A stretch of 64,000 nt of DNA from contig JAUZTB010000084.1 in the NCBI GenBank assembly GCA_034780895.1, forward strand, positions 5,044,715 to 5,108,714. The letters are read 5' to 3'. A program made the position numbers and the translations under genes. The stretch is from Rhynchobatus australiae (Eukaryota). The notes below the pieces were generated by a model, which worked only from the letters and a program-made list of their open reading frames with translations, did not search any database and had not been told where the DNA came from. Of the stretch, positions 1-11,950 are shown piece by piece (the stretch's first letter is position 1; the number at the start of each line of letters is the position of its first letter).

Positions 1-172
1 ACACACTCCCGGGGTCAGACACAGAGTGAAGCTCCCTCTACACTGTCCCATCACACACTCCCAGGGTCAGACACAGAATGAAGCTCCCTCTACACTGTTC
101 TGTTGCACACTCCCAGGACACGGGTTAGACACAGATTGAAGTTCCCACTACACTGTCCCATCACACACAGGG
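1..172. repeat. About 52-bp minisatellite (acacactcccggggtcagacacagagtgaagctccctctacactgtcccatc)n
   Basis: 3+ tandem copies; same family at 11500-11950 and degenerate at about 29500-29700. Confidence 0.9.
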
Positions 173-264
173 TCTAGCACTACCACAGTCCTAATATTTC
201 CACTGTTAGCTAATTAAGATCTGTACTGTGATAAAAGTTTTTCTTTTGCTTTCTGCCTTACCAG

Positions 265-351
265 TAGAATTGGAAGCTCGACCTACGACCCCAGCTGTTA
301 AACTGCTGCCTCCGGAGCAGTCCATGGAGTTTGGACCATCCAAGGTCATAG
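265..351 (+). CDS. LTBP3: LTBP3 exon: end of Pro-rich hinge (VELEARPTTPAVKLLPPEQSMEFGPSKVI)
   Basis: Pyrimidine tract plus cag acceptor, G|gtaggt donor, 87 nt, open in phase 1-1; resembles the LTBP hinge end ..EIAPTQVT. Confidence 0.8.
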
Positions 352-542
352 GTAGGTAAACCTTTCCTCGCTGAATCAAATTGGAACAGAATGTGATCCA
401 TACTTGCAAGACATGCAACACCCTTATCCCCCGGTGTGCAACAAGCCCGGACACTAAAGTGATGTCCAGTGAGTTGTCCTTTTGCTTTATTTTTCATGAA
501 GTTTTTAGTTGATGGGGTTAGTGGATGTGGCCCAATGTTGTG

Positions 543-1010
543 CAAAGTCAAATTTATTGTCACATGCACAAGTCCATGTATGACAGGTGCAATGAAAAAC
601 TTGCTTGCAGCAGCATCACAGGCACATAGCATCAGGTACACAGCATTCACAAGAGAAACATAAATTAAACATAAATTATACACATAAGTACACAATTAGA
701 ACAAAAAAAGCAAAGTCCATTGTAGTGCAAAGTGGTCAAAATGTTGCTATACTGAGGTAGTGATTAGGGTTGTGCAGGTCGGTTCAAGAATCGAATGGTT
801 GAAGGGAAGTTGCTGTTCCTGAACCTGGTGGTGTGGGGACTTCAGGCTCCTGTACCCCCTGCCCGATGGTGGCTGTGAGAGATGGCACGGCCCAGATGGT
901 GAAGATCTTTGATGATGGATGTTGCCTTCTTGAGGCTGCGCCTCATGTAGATACTCCCGATGGTGGGGAGGGATGTGCCCGTGATGTATTGGGCAAAGTC
1001 CACTACTCTC
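543..1010 (-). mobile_element. Rex/Babar-type LINE 3' fragment
   Basis: Encodes QYITGTSLPTIGSIYMRRSLKKATSIIKD; tail ends catgtgacaataaa; near-identical to 25868-26340. Confidence 0.75.
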
Positions 1011-1339
1011 AAGAAGTATACCCCAGGCAAATGCTCCCTTTTGCCCTAACTGGCTGGCTCCCATTCACCTGTCACTTCCCACCACTCACTGTCCTACACT
1101 CGTCCCAGTCCAGTAACACCTCGACGTTATAATTCCCATCAATCCCTCTCTCTCCCCACCTCACTGTCTCATTCTTCCCTATCTCTAATGCCTCCACACC
1201 TCCAACCTTTCATGATTTCTGAACCAGTTCATCACTGAATTTAATGACCCAACCTTCCGGTCCCAAGTTCTGGAATTTCCTCCCTGATCCTTTCTGACTC
1301 TTTAAGATTGATTCCTGGGATTGCAGGACTTATGTAAAG

Positions 1340-2078
1340 GGAAGGTACACATTTAATGTCAGGACCCATAACAGCGTTGATGTACAGAGGGATCTTGGGG
1401 TCCAAGTCTGTAGCTCCCTGAAAGTGGCTGCACAGATCAATAGGGTAGTAATTGAAGGGTTTATGGCATGCTTGCCTTCATTAGTCGAGGCATTGATTTC
1501 AAGAGTCAGGAAGTTATGTTGCAGCTTTATAAAACTCTGGTTAAGCTACTTCTGGAATATTGCATTCAGTTCTTGTTGCCCCATTATAGGAAGTATGTGG
1601 AGGTTTTGGAGAGGGTTCAGAAGAGGTTTATCGGACACTGCCTGGATTAGAAGGCATGTGCTATCAGGAGAGGTTGGACAAACTTGAATTGTTTCCTCTG
1701 GAGAAGCGGAGACTAAGGAGAGTACTGATAGAAGTTTATAAAATTATGAGAGGCATAGGTAGAGTAGACAGTCGATATCTTTCTCCCGGTGTTGAAATGT
1801 CTAAATCTGGAGGGCGTGCATTTAAGGTGAGGGGGGAAAGTTCAAAGGAGATGTGCAGGCAACTTTTTTTGCACACAAAGTAGTGGGTGCCTGGAATGTG
1901 CTGCCAGCAGTGGTGGTGGAGGCAGATACGATAGAGGCATTTTAAGAGGCTCTGAGATAGGCACATGAACGTGTAGAGAATGGAGGGATATGGACCATGT
2001 GCAGACAGAAAGGATTAGGTGTCATCAGATTAATCTGGGCCTGTTCCTGTGCTGTACTGTTCTATGTTGTTCTATGTA
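1340..2078 (+). mobile_element. CR1 LINE 3' fragment
   Basis: RDLGVQV..MLAFISRGIDFKSQEVMLQLYKTLV..LERVQKRF, then ctgtactgttctatgtt tail. Confidence 0.85.
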
Positions 2079-2079
2079 T

Positions 2080-2515
2080 GATAAGATATCTTTATTAGTC
2101 ACATATACATCGAAACACATAGTGAAATGCATCTTTTTGCGTAGAGTGTTCTGGGGGCAGCCCGCAGGTGATGCCACGTTTCCAGCGCCAACATAGCAGG
2201 CCAACATAGCATAACTTCCTAACTGGTACGTCTTTGGAATGTGGGAGGAAACCAGAGCACCCAGAGGAAACCCACGCAGACATGGGGAGAACGTACAAAC
2301 TCNNNNNNNNNNNNNNNNNNNNNNNNNNNNNNNNNNNNNNNNNNNNNNNNNNNNNNNNNNNNNNNNNNNNNNNNNNNNNNNNNNNNNNNNNNNNNNNNNN
2401 NNAGGAAACCCACGCAGACATGGGGAGAACGTACAAACTCCTTACAGACAGCGGCCGGAATTGAACCTGGGTCACTGGCGCTGTAAAACGTTACGCTAAC
2501 TGCTACACTACCGTG
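2080..2515 (-). mobile_element. tRNA-derived V-SINE, Rex/Babar-like tail subfamily (contains a false gap with duplicated flanks)
   Basis: A/B-box head and V-core GTGGGTTTCCTC.GGGTGCTC.GGTTTCCTCCCAC. Confidence 0.85.
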
Positions 2516-2539
2516 AAGAGAGATTGGGTCAATTGAGCT

Positions 2540-3800
2540 TATATTGGCTGGAGCTGAGGAGAATGGGGGAGGATCTCATTTATATACAAAATCCCAGTGA
2601 TGCAGGAAGAATGTTCCCAATGGTGCGAACTCCCAAACCAGGGATCACAGCCTAAAGATACAGGGTGGGGAGACGAAGTGAAATTCTTTCACTCATAGAG
2701 TGGTGATCTGTGGAATTCTCTCCCACCGCAGGCAGGCAGCTCATTAAATATATTCCACAAGGAGTTAGATGGAGTTCTTATGTCTAAAGAGATCAAGGAT
2801 TATGAAGAGAAAGCAGGAATATGGGGCAGAATTTGGGTGATCAGCCATGAGCGTGTTGAATGGTGGAGCAGGTTCAATGGGCCGAGTGGACACAAGAGGA
2901 GAAGGTCACCAGGCCCCTCAAGCCTGCCCTGCAATTCAATGTGATCACGGCTCATCCACCCAAGGCCTCAGCTCTTTCTCTGTGCCAGATCCCTGCGGCC
3001 CTCAATCCCTCCAAACTTTCAAAAATCTTTCTCCATCTTAAATACTTCTAAGGATCCTGCCTCCACACCTTTCCTGGACAGGGAATTCCAGACATTCACC
3101 ACCCCTGCAAGAAGAAATTTCTATCCACCTTGTTTTTTCAATGAATGCCCCTTTATCGTGTAACTATGTCCCCTCGTTCAAGACTCTACTACTAGTGAAA
3201 CATCTTGAAATCTACCCTGTCATGTTCAGGCAGAAAATACAAAAGCCTGAAAGCACGTACCCACAGGCTCAAGGACAGCTTCCATCCCGTCATCTCATTA
3301 TGGCCCTTGCACCTTATTTGTCTGCCTGCACTGTAACTATAACACTTTATTCTGCATTCGGTTATTGCTTTTCCCAATGTATTACCCCGATGTACTGATG
3401 GGATGAAATGATCCATATGAATAGCATGCAAAACCAAGTTTTTCCACTGTACCTCAGTACATGTGACGATAATAAATTATGTCCCCTATCTCATATGTCT
3501 TTGTAAGATCACTCCTCATTCTTTTAAACTCCAAGGAATGCAGATCCAAACTGTCAACCCCCTCTTGATGGGACAACCCTTTCATCCCAGGAATTAGCCT
3601 GGAGAATCACCTTTGGACTGACTCCAATGCTACTTTATCCTTTCGTGGATAATGGGACTAAAACTGCGCACAGTACTCCAGGTGTAGACTCAATTGTTAC
3701 TAAACCTCCCTATTTCCAAACTCCAACCCCTTTCCAATAAAGACCAATATGCCATTTGGCTTCTTAAACACTTGCTGCATTTGCCTGTTAACTTTCCATG
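2540..3800. mobile_element. Decayed CR1 fragments in both orientations, with a nested Rex/Babar 3' fragment at about 3230-3478
   Basis: CR1 3'-end motifs; nested piece ends gtacatgtgacgataataaa. Confidence 0.6.
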
Positions 3801-5589
3801 GTTCGGTGTCAGGTTTTGTTTGCTCACACTCCTGAATCAGATCTTAGAAAGGAATAGCTCAGAATCCAGATGCCCAACATTCTTACCAAGTACAGTAATG
3901 GTTGTTGTACAGGAGCACGACAGCTTGGATTTATATAGCACTTTAACATAGATAACATTCTTCACAGGAGGATTATCAAAACAAAATCTGACTGCCCCAC
4001 ACTAACAGCAAAACAAAACAGAAGCATGAGTTGAGTGCTCTAACAGAATAAACATTTGTATTTTTAAATAAAGTTGAGTTGCAATTTTAAGCCTGAAGTG
4101 AAAATGCAAGCAGTGGATCAGATTCTCATCATCTCCAACAAGCAATCTGCTGGAGGAACTTGTTTGTTGTTCCAGCATCTTGTTTGTTGCTCTAGATTCC
4201 ACCATTTCCAGTCTCAACATTTCCACAATTATAGATGAGATTAATTTCAGAAACTGTATTTTACTCAAGGATTGTGTGTCGCATGTTTACGTTTGGACAC
4301 TGGTAGTCCAGTGAGGGGACCAACCCTTCTGCTTCTTCTAATGCGGTGAGATCTTAACACCCATTGGGTTAAGCAGGAAGGGGTCTTGGTTTCATCTCAT
4401 ATCCAACAGTCAGCTCCTCTGACAATGGTGCTCCTGCAATACTGCACAGTGAGACTAGCAGACAAGGCAGCGAAGAGGACACAGGCACACTCCAACATCA
4501 GCCGAGGCACAGGGTAGGAAGATCATGCTGGAACAGTGTAAAACACCAGTTATCTGCACCGGGAGCACCCTATCCAGTTCTGGATAATCTCCTCCGCAGC
4601 CCCAGGAATGGGGAGGAGATCTACGAGGTCGACGCTGGCGATGGAGAACATTCATTATGGAGAGGGAATAACCCAGGTGGAACAAAGGAAAGAACAGGCA
4701 GATTTATTTGTGGCCCATTAAATTAGGAGAGGCCTGGACAGTGAATAAGGAAGTAGGAGGGGGGCCAATTAGGAAATATAGATTTAAGTTAATGGGTAGA
4801 AAGATTGGAGGTTACTTGAGGAAAAATGTTTTCACCCAGTGAGTGGTGGGGGCCTGGAACTTAGTGCCTGAAAAAGGTGGTGGAGACATACGAGTTAGGA
4901 AGTTGTGGGCGTGCTATGTTGGTGCCGGAAGCGTGGCGACACTTGCAGGCTGCCCCCAGAACATGCTACGCCAAAGATGCATTTCACTGTGTGTTTCGAT
5001 GTACCTTGACTAATAAAGATCTTATCACATTTCAAAAATATTTGTATGAGCAATTGAGCTAAACCCCCACCCCACCAAGTCACTGACCGAGGACATCTGG
5101 GCTCACATGAAGCAGATTCTTTTTCAGTCACCATGGATTCCATGGTCTGAATGGCCAAATCCTGTACATATCTATGATTCTATAAACCTTTCTTAAAGCT
5201 TTGAGAGGGGCTTGGTGGAGCCACTTACCTTAGTAACTATGTCAAGACAAGTCTGGAGCTGCTGTGGTAAATGTTGAGCCTGTGCACACATGTTTAGGGC
5301 CTGCCTTCCAGCCAATTCCCTTCATAATAAGATTATGACCTAATTTGTAATGTTTTGGAAAATGTAACTGTGGTTGGCTCCAACATTTCATTGGGAGGGA
5401 TGCTGGCCGACAAGGAGACACTGCCACCTGGTGTTCAGATCCAGAACTGAGAACTCAGGGCACAAAACAAACAGCTTCAGTGCATAGCTAATCCCAAGAG
5501 AGCGCTCTGGAGTTGTTGGGGCTCCCCCAGATGTGTGTCAAAAGTTCAAATAAGTTATAAAGTAGAGTTTGGCACAAGCACATTTAGGG

Positions 5590-5923
5590 TGACACAGAGG
5601 CACAGCCACCATAGCCGCCGCTTCACGGCTCCAGCGACCTGGGTTCGATCCTGACCTCCGGCGCTGTCTGTGTGGAGTTTGCATGTTCTCCCTGTGAACG
5701 TGTGGGTTTCCCCCGGGTGTTCCGTTTTCCTCCCATATCCCAAAGACTTGCGGGTCGGTGGGTTAATTGGCTGCTGTGAGTTGCCCCTGGGGTGTGGGTG
5801 AAGGGTAGAACCTGGGAGGAGTTGATGGGAATGTGGGGAGAATAAAATAGAATTCGTCTAAATGGGTGCAAGATGGTCAGCATGGACTGGATGGGCTGAA
5901 GGGCCTGCTTCTGTATTGTATGA
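5590..5923 (+). mobile_element. V-SINE with CR1-type tail (HE1-like)
   Basis: B-box gggttcgatcc, V-core, tail gggctgaagggcctg..ctgtattgtatga. Confidence 0.85.
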
Positions 5924-6846
5924 TTATTAAGCAGTCATTGTAAAAGAATGTCAAGCAGGAATGTATACTACCTGCAAACAGGAACTTAAACATCATNNNN
6001 NNNNNNNNNNNNNNNNNNNNNNNNNNNNNNNNNNNNNNNNNNNNNNNNNNNNNNNNNNNNNNNNNNNNNNNNNNNNNNNNNNNNNNNNNNNNNNNNNNNN
6101 NNNNNNNNNNNNNNNNNNNNNNNNNNNNNNNNNNNNNNNNNNNNNNNNNNNNNNNNNNNNNNNNNNNNNNNNNNNNNNNNNNNNNNNNNNNNNNNNNNNN
6201 NNNNNNNNNNNNNNNNNNNNNNNNNNNNNATCAGGAATGTATTCTACCGGCAAACAGGAACTTAAACATCATACTCCCCTTAGCATAAGGATGGGGAACA
6301 GGAGAAGGCTACCCGGACTGTCTAAGATCATTGCTGATCCTCTTTCTCATTTGGAGCATCACACAAAAGACACTGGAGGAACTCAGCAGGTCAGGCAGCA
6401 TCTATGGAGGGAAATGAACATTCAACATTTTGGGCCGAGACCCTTCATCCTGATGAAGAGTCTTGACAATTCATTGTTGACTATGAATTACCCACCTATA
6501 TTTTGCCCATTTACCAGCATTTCATCCATAGCCTTCCATGGCTTGGTGATGTAAGTACTCATCTCCTCTTGTGAGAGAACTGGCCTCCACCAACCCCTTA
6601 AAAATTGCATTCCGGAGAGGGAGATGGGAGCAGTGTGAGTGAGTCGTGGAGGAAATTCTAGAGCTTAAACCCAGGAGCTGCTAATCGGCTGATTCAATGG
6701 TGAGCGAGAGGGATTGAAGTAGGTTGTGGGACTAGGGGAATGGAGGGAGGGGGGAGTTAAAGAGATGGGCACAGGCGCCACGGGGGAGTCAAGAGTGGAG
6801 CTGATGAACTGTTGACGGTAAAACGTTCCTCCTTGTTATCTTTCAG

Positions 6847-6972
6847 AAATGGACACGTGTAAAGTCGATCGAAGTATCTGTGGACACGGCGTCTGTGTTT
6901 ATGACCCCACCGGCTACACCTGCGTCTGTCACACTGGGTATCAGCTCCATCCCCACTTCAAACAGTGCGTAG
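6847..6972 (+). CDS. LTBP3: LTBP3 exon: EGF-like domain (EMDTCKVDRSICGHGVC...KQCV)
   Basis: tttcag|...G|gtgag, 126 nt, 6-Cys EGF pattern. Confidence 0.93.
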   Translation, partial: KWTRVKSIEVSVDTASVFMTPPATPASVTLGISSIPTSNSA

Positions 6973-7277
6973 GTGAGAATCAGAGAGCCTTGCGGTCCTG
7001 CACTGCCTTTCACGGGCTCAACATCCACCAGTGGGAGGGGCAGTGCTGCAGAGCTTCACGGCGTCTTAAGTATTTCTGAAGTGTAGTCCCTCTTCTTGGA
7101 AATGCAATGGTGTATCTGCACACAGCAAGCTCCCACAAACAGAAAGTTAACTGGGCTTAATAGTTAGATGATCTTTTAAGTGTGGTCAGGGATAAGTATG
7201 GACACAGGATTAACTCCTCCTTATCGATTACTTGCAGGGGAGAGGTCAGAACAACTCATCTGGAATACAGTTCCTCC

Positions 7278-7446
7278 CACAGTGCGGCGCTCCCTCCCGC
7301 AGCACGGCACTCCCACCACTGCGCTCCCTCCTCGCCACCCCTCCCACAACGCGGCACTCCCTCCTTGCTGCCCCTCCCGCAGCGCAGCACTCCCTCCACA
7401 GTGTTCCCTCCTCGCTGCCCCTCCCGCAGCGCAGCACTCCCTCACC
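7278..7446. repeat. GC-rich degenerate tandem repeat (cagcgcagcactccctc-like units)
   Basis: Repeated gcactccctc motifs, apparently expanded from a Deu-SINE segment. Confidence 0.7.
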
Positions 7447-7919
7447 ACCACCCCTCCCAAAGTGCTTTGTGCACCTTTGGTGTGAGTGCTCTCTTTCCTC
7501 AGCAGGACTTGGCAAACATCAACCCTCCGGTCAAATGCAGAACTCAGAGACAGCTTGGTATGACCATGGTGCTCACAGGAAGCCCTGTGAGGGGGTTGCT
7601 GTTGGGGAATGGTTTGCCTCTCCACTCTGAGAAGCCCCGAACCATGTGTGCAGAGTACACCTTCTTCCTCAGTAATATCCAACAGTCCCACGAGTCTCCC
7701 ATCTCACCGCGATCCTCCAATTCGGGACTCTCGATCATCCTCCAGTTCCCATCTCTTGCTGATGGCAGCTGCACCTGGAGGTCCGTCCCTGAACCCCTCT
7801 CACTCCTTCCTTAAATCCTGGGTATTGGGCTGGGCCTCTGACCAGTAACCTGGCCATCGGTTGGTGTGGGACCCTACCATAGCAGGCCAGGTTAAACATG
7901 TGTTCCTTCTCCCCACCAG

Positions 7920-8051
7920 ACGTCAATGAGTGCGACAACAACCCATGTGGGGCCAGGAAAGGCAAGTGTGTGAATTCCATCGGCACCTACACCTGCCTCT
8001 GTTACCGTGGCTACCAGTTACAGGAGCTTCCAGAAGGCAGTACCTGTGTTG
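7920..8051 (+). CDS. LTBP3: LTBP3 exon: cbEGF (DVNECDNNPCGARKGKCVNSIGTYTC...TCV)
   Basis: ccaccag|...G|gtagg, 132 nt, calcium-binding EGF consensus. Confidence 0.94.
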
Positions 8052-8615
8052 GTAGGTTGTGACTTCCACTCCTTTGTTCAGGACTCCCCTCCCTCTATCT
8101 ACACTTCTAATTGGCTTAAACACCCCNNNNNNNNNNNNNNNNNNNNNNNNNNNNNNNNNNNNNNNNNNNNNNNNNNNNNNNNNNNNNNNNNNNNNNNNNN
8201 NNNNNNNNNNNNNNNNNNNNNNNNNNNNNNNNNNNNNNNNNNNNNNNNNNNNNNNNNNNNNNNNNNNNNNNNNNNNNNNNNNNNNNNNNNNNNNNNNNNN
8301 NNNNNNNNNNNNNNNNNNNNNNNNNNNNNNNNNNNNNNNNNNNNNNNNNNNNNNNNNNNNNNNNNNNNNNNNNNNNNNNNNNNNNNNNNNNNNNNNNNNN
8401 NNNNNNNNNNNNNNNNNNNNNNNNNNNNNNNNNNNNNNNNNNNNNNNNNNNNNNNNNNNNNNNNNNNNNNNNNNNNNNNNNNNNNNNNNNNNNNNNNNNN
8501 NNNNNNNNNNNNNNNNNNNNNNNNNNNNNNNNNNNNNNNNNNNNNNNNNNNNNNNNNNNNNNNNNNNNNNNNNNNNNNNNNNNNNNNNNNNNNNNNNNNN
8601 NNNNNNNNNNNNNNN

Positions 8616-9095
8616 CGCCACCTCCCCTACCACCCCCACCCTCCCCATCCCATTCCAGACCCTCACTCCCAAAACTACAGACCCTCACTCATCTCAACCC
8701 CCCAGCCCCTCAGCCTGGACTCCCCTCCTCCCTCTTCACCTCACTACCCCGTCCCCCCAACCTTGACTCAAGACCGCACTGCGCTTATTGCCCCAGCTCC
8801 TTCCACTCGCCCCACAACCTCCCCTCCCTCTATACCCCTTCACCAGACCTTACCCCTCCACCTCTTTTCCCTCACACCCCACCCCACCCCTTCACACTGA
8901 ACCCCACCCTCCACATGTGCCGTCCCATCTCTCCAGACCCGAACTCCCTCCTTGTCCACCCATTTACCACCTCACACACCCCATCCCCCAGCCAACTCTT
9001 ACCCCCTTGACTCAAGATGGCACCATCCATATTGCTCCATCTCCTCATCCACCCCCTCTCCTCACTCTGGATCCAACTCCCTTCCTCTCCTCACC
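8616..9095. repeat. C-rich low-complexity tract (G-rich on - strand)
   Basis: Dense CCCC runs adjacent to an assembly gap. Confidence 0.75.
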
Positions 9096-9299
9096 CTGGT
9101 GGGTTAATGGGTGGATGATGATCGGCACGGACTCGGTGGGCTGAAGGGCCTGTTTCTGTGCTGTACTTCTCTATGTCTCAACTCTCTGCCACTCCACACT
9201 GTCCCACTCTCGGCCTAGCCCCTGTTGCTCTAGTCAAGCCTCCGCACCCTGGGTGTGCACACCCCTTCACTCTCTGACCACTGTCGCTGTGTGTTTCAG

Positions 9300-9526
9300 A
9301 CATCAACGAGTGNNNNNNNNNNNNNNNNNNNNNNNNNNNNNNNNNNNNNNNNNNNNNNNNNNNNNNNNNNNNNNNNNNNNNNNNNNNNNNNNNNNNNNNN
9401 NNNNNNNNNNNNAGTGCAGCGAGGCGCTGCTGTGCACCAATGGCCGATGTGTCAACACCGAGGGCTCCTTCTTCTGTCACTGCCACACGGGCTATCGACT
9501 GGTCAGTCACCAGACCGCCTGCGAAG
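9300..9526 (+). CDS. LTBP3: LTBP3 exon: cbEGF (DINECSEALLCTNGRCVNTEGSFFC...TACE), split by an artefactual 100-N gap
   Basis: tttcag| acceptor and G|gtaac donor. The gap flanks overlap by AGTG; merging them gives a 123-nt in-frame exon. Confidence 0.9.
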
Positions 9527-9682
9527 GTAACTCCCCTCCAACCCCGGCATTGCTGAGCAGTTTGGCTCAGTTGTGTCTTACCGAGACACAACGCCCGCCC
9601 ACCCTCACTGTAGTGGCCATACCTCCACTTATAACTGTGTGTGTGCACAATGCAGAGAGTGAAAAGGGAAAAAAGACTCTAC

Positions 9683-9684
<2 letters not shown>

Positions 9685-9720
<36 letters not shown>

Positions 9721-9930
9721 TGCCTATCTATTGCTGTCTGTCTGTATGAGCATGTCTGTATGTCAGCTGTCTATCTCTATGTCTGTCTGTGTGTATATGT
9801 GCTTGTGCCTGTCTATGTGTGTGCCTGTATGTGTGTATGCATTTGTATGTGTGTATGCTTGTGTGCCTGTAGGTGTTTATGCATGTGTGTGAGTGTGTAA
9901 TTGTATGTGTGTGAGAGAGTGTGTGTGTAT
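9685..9930. repeat. (TG)n microsatellite with degenerate extension
   Basis: Seen directly. Confidence 0.95.
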
Positions 9931-10477
9931 GAATCTCAGTGTCAGCTCCCACTGGATTCCAGAGAATACAAATTAACATTATTTTGTTTGGACAGTTTTT
10001 TAAGGCCATCACTAGGCTGATTATTGTCTGAGCCTAATTACTCTGAGATGAGTGACTTGTCAGTTGGAGCTGGAACAGTCAACACATTACTCAATTAGTA
10101 ACCCGGAGACCTGAATTCAAACCCTGTCACAGCAGCTGTGGAATTTACATTCAGTTAATGATCTGGGATGTTTAAAGAAAAAATAGTCTGAGTAAAACTA
10201 ATGGATGGTTGTAAAATCCCATCTGGCTGACAAAGTCTTTACCGTGTGTACACGACCCCACACCCACTAACCGCTTGGAACTCCGGCTGATGAGAGATGG
10301 ACAACTAACAGTGGGCTCACTGGTGATGTCTGTCTGGATCCCAGACAATCAATAAATGAAGGAAAAAATGGACAGCTGAGACTGAGCCATGCTGCTGTGG
10401 AGTTTGGAATCTCGGCAAGGCAGGCTTTCAGATGTGATTTCATGACAATCCAACTGCTTCACTGTCTGTAATAAAAC

Positions 10478-11040
10478 TAGAAAATGCTGGAAACGCTCAG
10501 CAGGTCAGGCAGCATCTGTGGAAGAAAAATCCTTAATCGTTGTCGTAGCTGTCAGATTCCAGATTTATTTAAGTGGCTGCAAAAAAAACTCAGCGGGTCG
10601 AGCAGGGTCTTTGGGGGGAGGGGTATCGTCGACGTTTTGGATCAAGACCCTGCCAGGACTGAGAGGGGAGATGGCCAGTGTAAAGAGCAGACGTCTGACC
10701 CACTGGCCCCTGTCTCACCCTTCCCCTTCTCCCCTCTTTATATCAGCTCTCTTCCCTCTACACTCATCAGTCTTGATGCAGGGTCGAAACATCGATAATT
10801 CCTCTCCCCCCACAGGTGCAGCAGCAGTACAGTGCAAAGTCATAAAAATCTATAAACTACAAAAATAAATAAATAGCTTTTTATATCTTTGCACTGTACT
10901 ACTGCCGCAAAACAATAAATTTCACATCATATGTAAGTGATAATAATTCTGATTCTGATTTATTCTGACCTGCTGAGTTCCTCCAGCAGTTTGTTTGTTG
11001 CTCCAGATTCCAGCATCTGCAGTCTCCTGTGTCTCCTCTT
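10478..11040. mobile_element. Penelope-associated terminal-repeat-like element in inverted arrangement
   Basis: tgctggaaacgctcagcaggtca ... tgacctgctgagttcctccagca inverted ends. Related copies at about 6360-6470, 17640-17820, 24805-24950, 38030-38105, 50600-50705 and 56610-56690. Confidence 0.6.
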
Positions 11041-11211
11041 TATCTAATTGGCTGTTGTGGGATTTGAACTCCTGTCTCCTTTCAATGGTCTAAGCCTCTG
11101 GGCACAAGTCTGGTGGTCTCACCACCAGACCAGGGTGCCAGTGGCTCTGCTTCCGATGCCTCACCTTATCCCTGGTGTCTGGGAAACATGCTGACACCCT
11201 TCTCCTTCTAG

Positions 11212-11331
11212 ATATCAATGAGTGCCTCAATCCCAGCACCTGCCCACGGGGAAAGTGCAAGAACAAGCCAGGCACATACGAGTGTGTTCCCTGTCCGGAG
11301 GGATATCGGAGTCAGGCTGGCGAATGCTTTG
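11212..11331 (+). CDS. LTBP3: LTBP3 exon: cbEGF ([40 protein letters not shown])
   Basis: ttctag|...G|gtaag, 120 nt; has the LTBP-typical C-x-x-C spacing variant. Confidence 0.94.
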
Positions 11332-11499
11332 GTAAGACATAGTTTGAGGGGGCACTCGAGGGGGAGGGTGTGACACAGTGGGACCAGGAATCTGGGGCAC
11401 TCACTGCGGAGAAAGGATTAGAGTGAGAAGTGATGGGTTGGTTTAAGCTGAATAGTAAAGCACATGAATAGGATCAGGGGATCTCCCATTACACCATCC

Positions 11500-11950
11500 T
11501 GTCTCACACTCCCAGGGTATGGATTAGCACAGGGTAAAGCTCCCTCTACCCCGTCCCATCACACAATCCCAGGGCACATGTTAGACACAGAGCAAAGATC
11601 CCTCTATCCCATCCCATCACACACTCCCGGGGTCAGACACAGTGCGAAACTCCCTCTACGCTGTCCCATCACACACTCCTGGGGTCAGACACAGAGTGAA
11701 GCTCCCTCTACACCGTCCCATCACACACTCCTGGGGTCAGACACAGGGTGAAGCTCCCTCCACACTGTCCCATCACACACTCCAGGGGGTGAGACACAGG
11801 GTGAAGATCCCTTCACACTGTCCCATCACACACTCCCAGGGCAAGGGCTAGATGCGGAGCAGAGCCCCTTCTACACTGTACCATCACACATTCCTAGGGC
11901 AGGGACTGCACTGGTTTGACACAGGGTAAAGCTCACTCCACACTGTCCCA
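11500..11950. repeat. About 52-bp minisatellite array (about 8 units), same family as 1-172
   Basis: Seen directly. Confidence 0.9.

Noticed and set aside
5590-5670. tRNA gene
   Set aside because: The A/B-box-like sequence is the head of a V-SINE and continues into the V-core; no cloverleaf is evident.
7180-7814. 210-aa and overlapping ORFs
   Set aside because: They arise from a GC-rich tandem repeat and SINE remnant, with no domain signal or credible splice structure.
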